A stretch of DNA of 64,000 nucleotides from Chiloscyllium plagiosum (lineage: Eukaryota): contig NC_057718.1 of assembly GCF_004010195.1 (NCBI RefSeq), forward strand, positions 27,261,477 to 27,325,476, written 5' to 3'. Made by a program: the position numbers and the translations under genes. Shown piece after piece: positions 63,095-64,000 of this stretch. The notes under the pieces are model-generated. The model saw only the letters and a list, made by a program, of their open reading frames with translations, did no database searches and had not been told where the DNA came from. Numbering within the stretch: the stretch's first letter is position 1; every line of letters begins with the position of its first letter.

Positions 63095-63825
63095 TCATTT
63101 GTTGATGTTTAGACTGAAGCTGTAATTAGATCAGGAGCTGAGTGGCCCTTGTGGAATCCCAATTGAGCATTAGTGATCAAATTATTGTTGATTAAGAGTC
63201 ACTTAATGGTACAATTCATTATCCTTTCTGTCACTTTTGTGGATGATCAAGAGTAGACTGATAGGATGGTAATTAGCCTGGTTGGTTTTGACCATTTTTT
63301 TTTTGGTGAGGACATGCCTAGACAATGTTTCTATTTGTTGCATAGCTGCCAGTGTTGTAGCTATACAGGAACAGCTTGGTTTAAGGAACAGCTAGTTTTG
63401 GTGCAGAAGTCTTCAGAACTACTGTCAGAATGTTTTCAGGGCACATGGCCTTTGCAATATCCAGTTCCTTCAGCTGTTTCTTGATATCATGTAGAGTGAG
63501 TTGAATTATTTGAAACTTGCTATCTGATATATTCTAGACCTCGAGAGGAGACAGAGATGGATCGTCCACTTGGCACCACTGGCTGAAGATAGTTGTGGTA
63601 CTTCGGTCTTGTCTTTTGCACTGATGCACTTTTAGGGTTGTTTGTGGACCCTCCTTCTCTACCTCTTAGTTGTTTAATTTTGCATCACCACTCACAATTA
63701 GATGTGGCAGTACTGCAGAGTTTAGATTTGATCCATTGTTTGCAGGATCACTTAGCACTCTCACATGCTGCTTTGCTGTTTGGCACATGAGTAGTGTTAT
63801 AGCTTCAGTAGGCTGACTTCTTATT
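63095..63825 (-). mobile_element. Old CR1/L2-group LINE fragment (same family as 52765-56390)
   Basis: Reverse complement of the ORF2 region seen at about 54870-55620 (gtgtagctatacaggaacagcttgg, cagaagtcttcag). Confidence 0.65.
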
Positions 63826-63827
63826 TT

Positions 63828-64000
63828 TAGTTGAAACTTTATTGCTGGAACAGCACAGCAGGTCAGGCAGCATCCAGGGAACAGGAGATTCGACGTTTCG
63901 GGCACAGGCCCTTCTTCAGGAATGAGCAGAGAGTGTTCAGCAGGAGAAGATAAAAGGTAGGGAGGAGGGACTTGGAGGAGGGGCGTTGGAAATGTGATAG
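63828..64000 (-). mobile_element. Penelope 3' end, continuing beyond the window
   Basis: Similar to 21040-21210; contains the best-preserved hammerhead motif. Confidence 0.9.
63888..63923 (-). ncRNA. Putative minimal type I hammerhead ribozyme
   Basis: The minus strand reads AUUC-CUGAAGA-A-GGGC-CUGU-GCCC-GAAAC-GUC-GAAU: intact core, 4-bp stem II, 4-bp stem I, and a palindromic ACGU in place of stem III. Confidence 0.7.

Noticed and set aside
50630..64000. Exon 2 (about 72-nt LRR exon) of the receptor gene
   Set aside because: Acceptor-like sites checked near 51460, 52414, 52679, 56732, 57088 and 61596 do not give an open LRR-like phase-2 exon; it probably lies beyond the window.
1..64000. 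CRISPR array, prokaryotic operon, or endogenous non-retroviral virus
   Set aside because: There are no regularly spaced repeat-spacer units, no gene-dense region and no recognisable viral ORFs. The dispersed repeats are explained by eukaryotic TEs.

Overview
This is a eukaryotic, repeat-dominated window with four N-gaps. HE1-type V-SINEs and a SacSINE1-like Deu-SINE point to an elasmobranch (shark or ray); that assignment is an inference. Nearly all long ORFs in the track are decayed transposon fragments or shadow ORFs. The elements seen are: many CR1 LINE copies; eight HE1 SINEs; a full-structure Gypsy LTR element nested in an older Gypsy; two decayed PIF/Harbinger transposons; a Tigger-like MITE; a decayed Ty1/Copia pol fragment; and more than a dozen Penelope-like insertions. 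Most Penelope insertions carry a minimal hammerhead-ribozyme motif, and many show fold-back architecture with 11-15 bp target-site duplications (TSDs). The only supportable host gene feature is a CpG island at about 50.2-50.5 kb followed by a first coding exon (50457-50629), which the ORF track missed. It encodes a signal peptide plus an LRR N-terminal cysteine cap and ends at a phase-2 GT donor. It most resembles exon 1 of a glycoprotein hormone receptor, probably LHCGR. All family assignments come from motif recognition by eye, not database searches, and boundaries of old elements are approximate. I did not find a demonstrably new system. The best lead is the population of short ribozyme-bearing Penelope derivatives.
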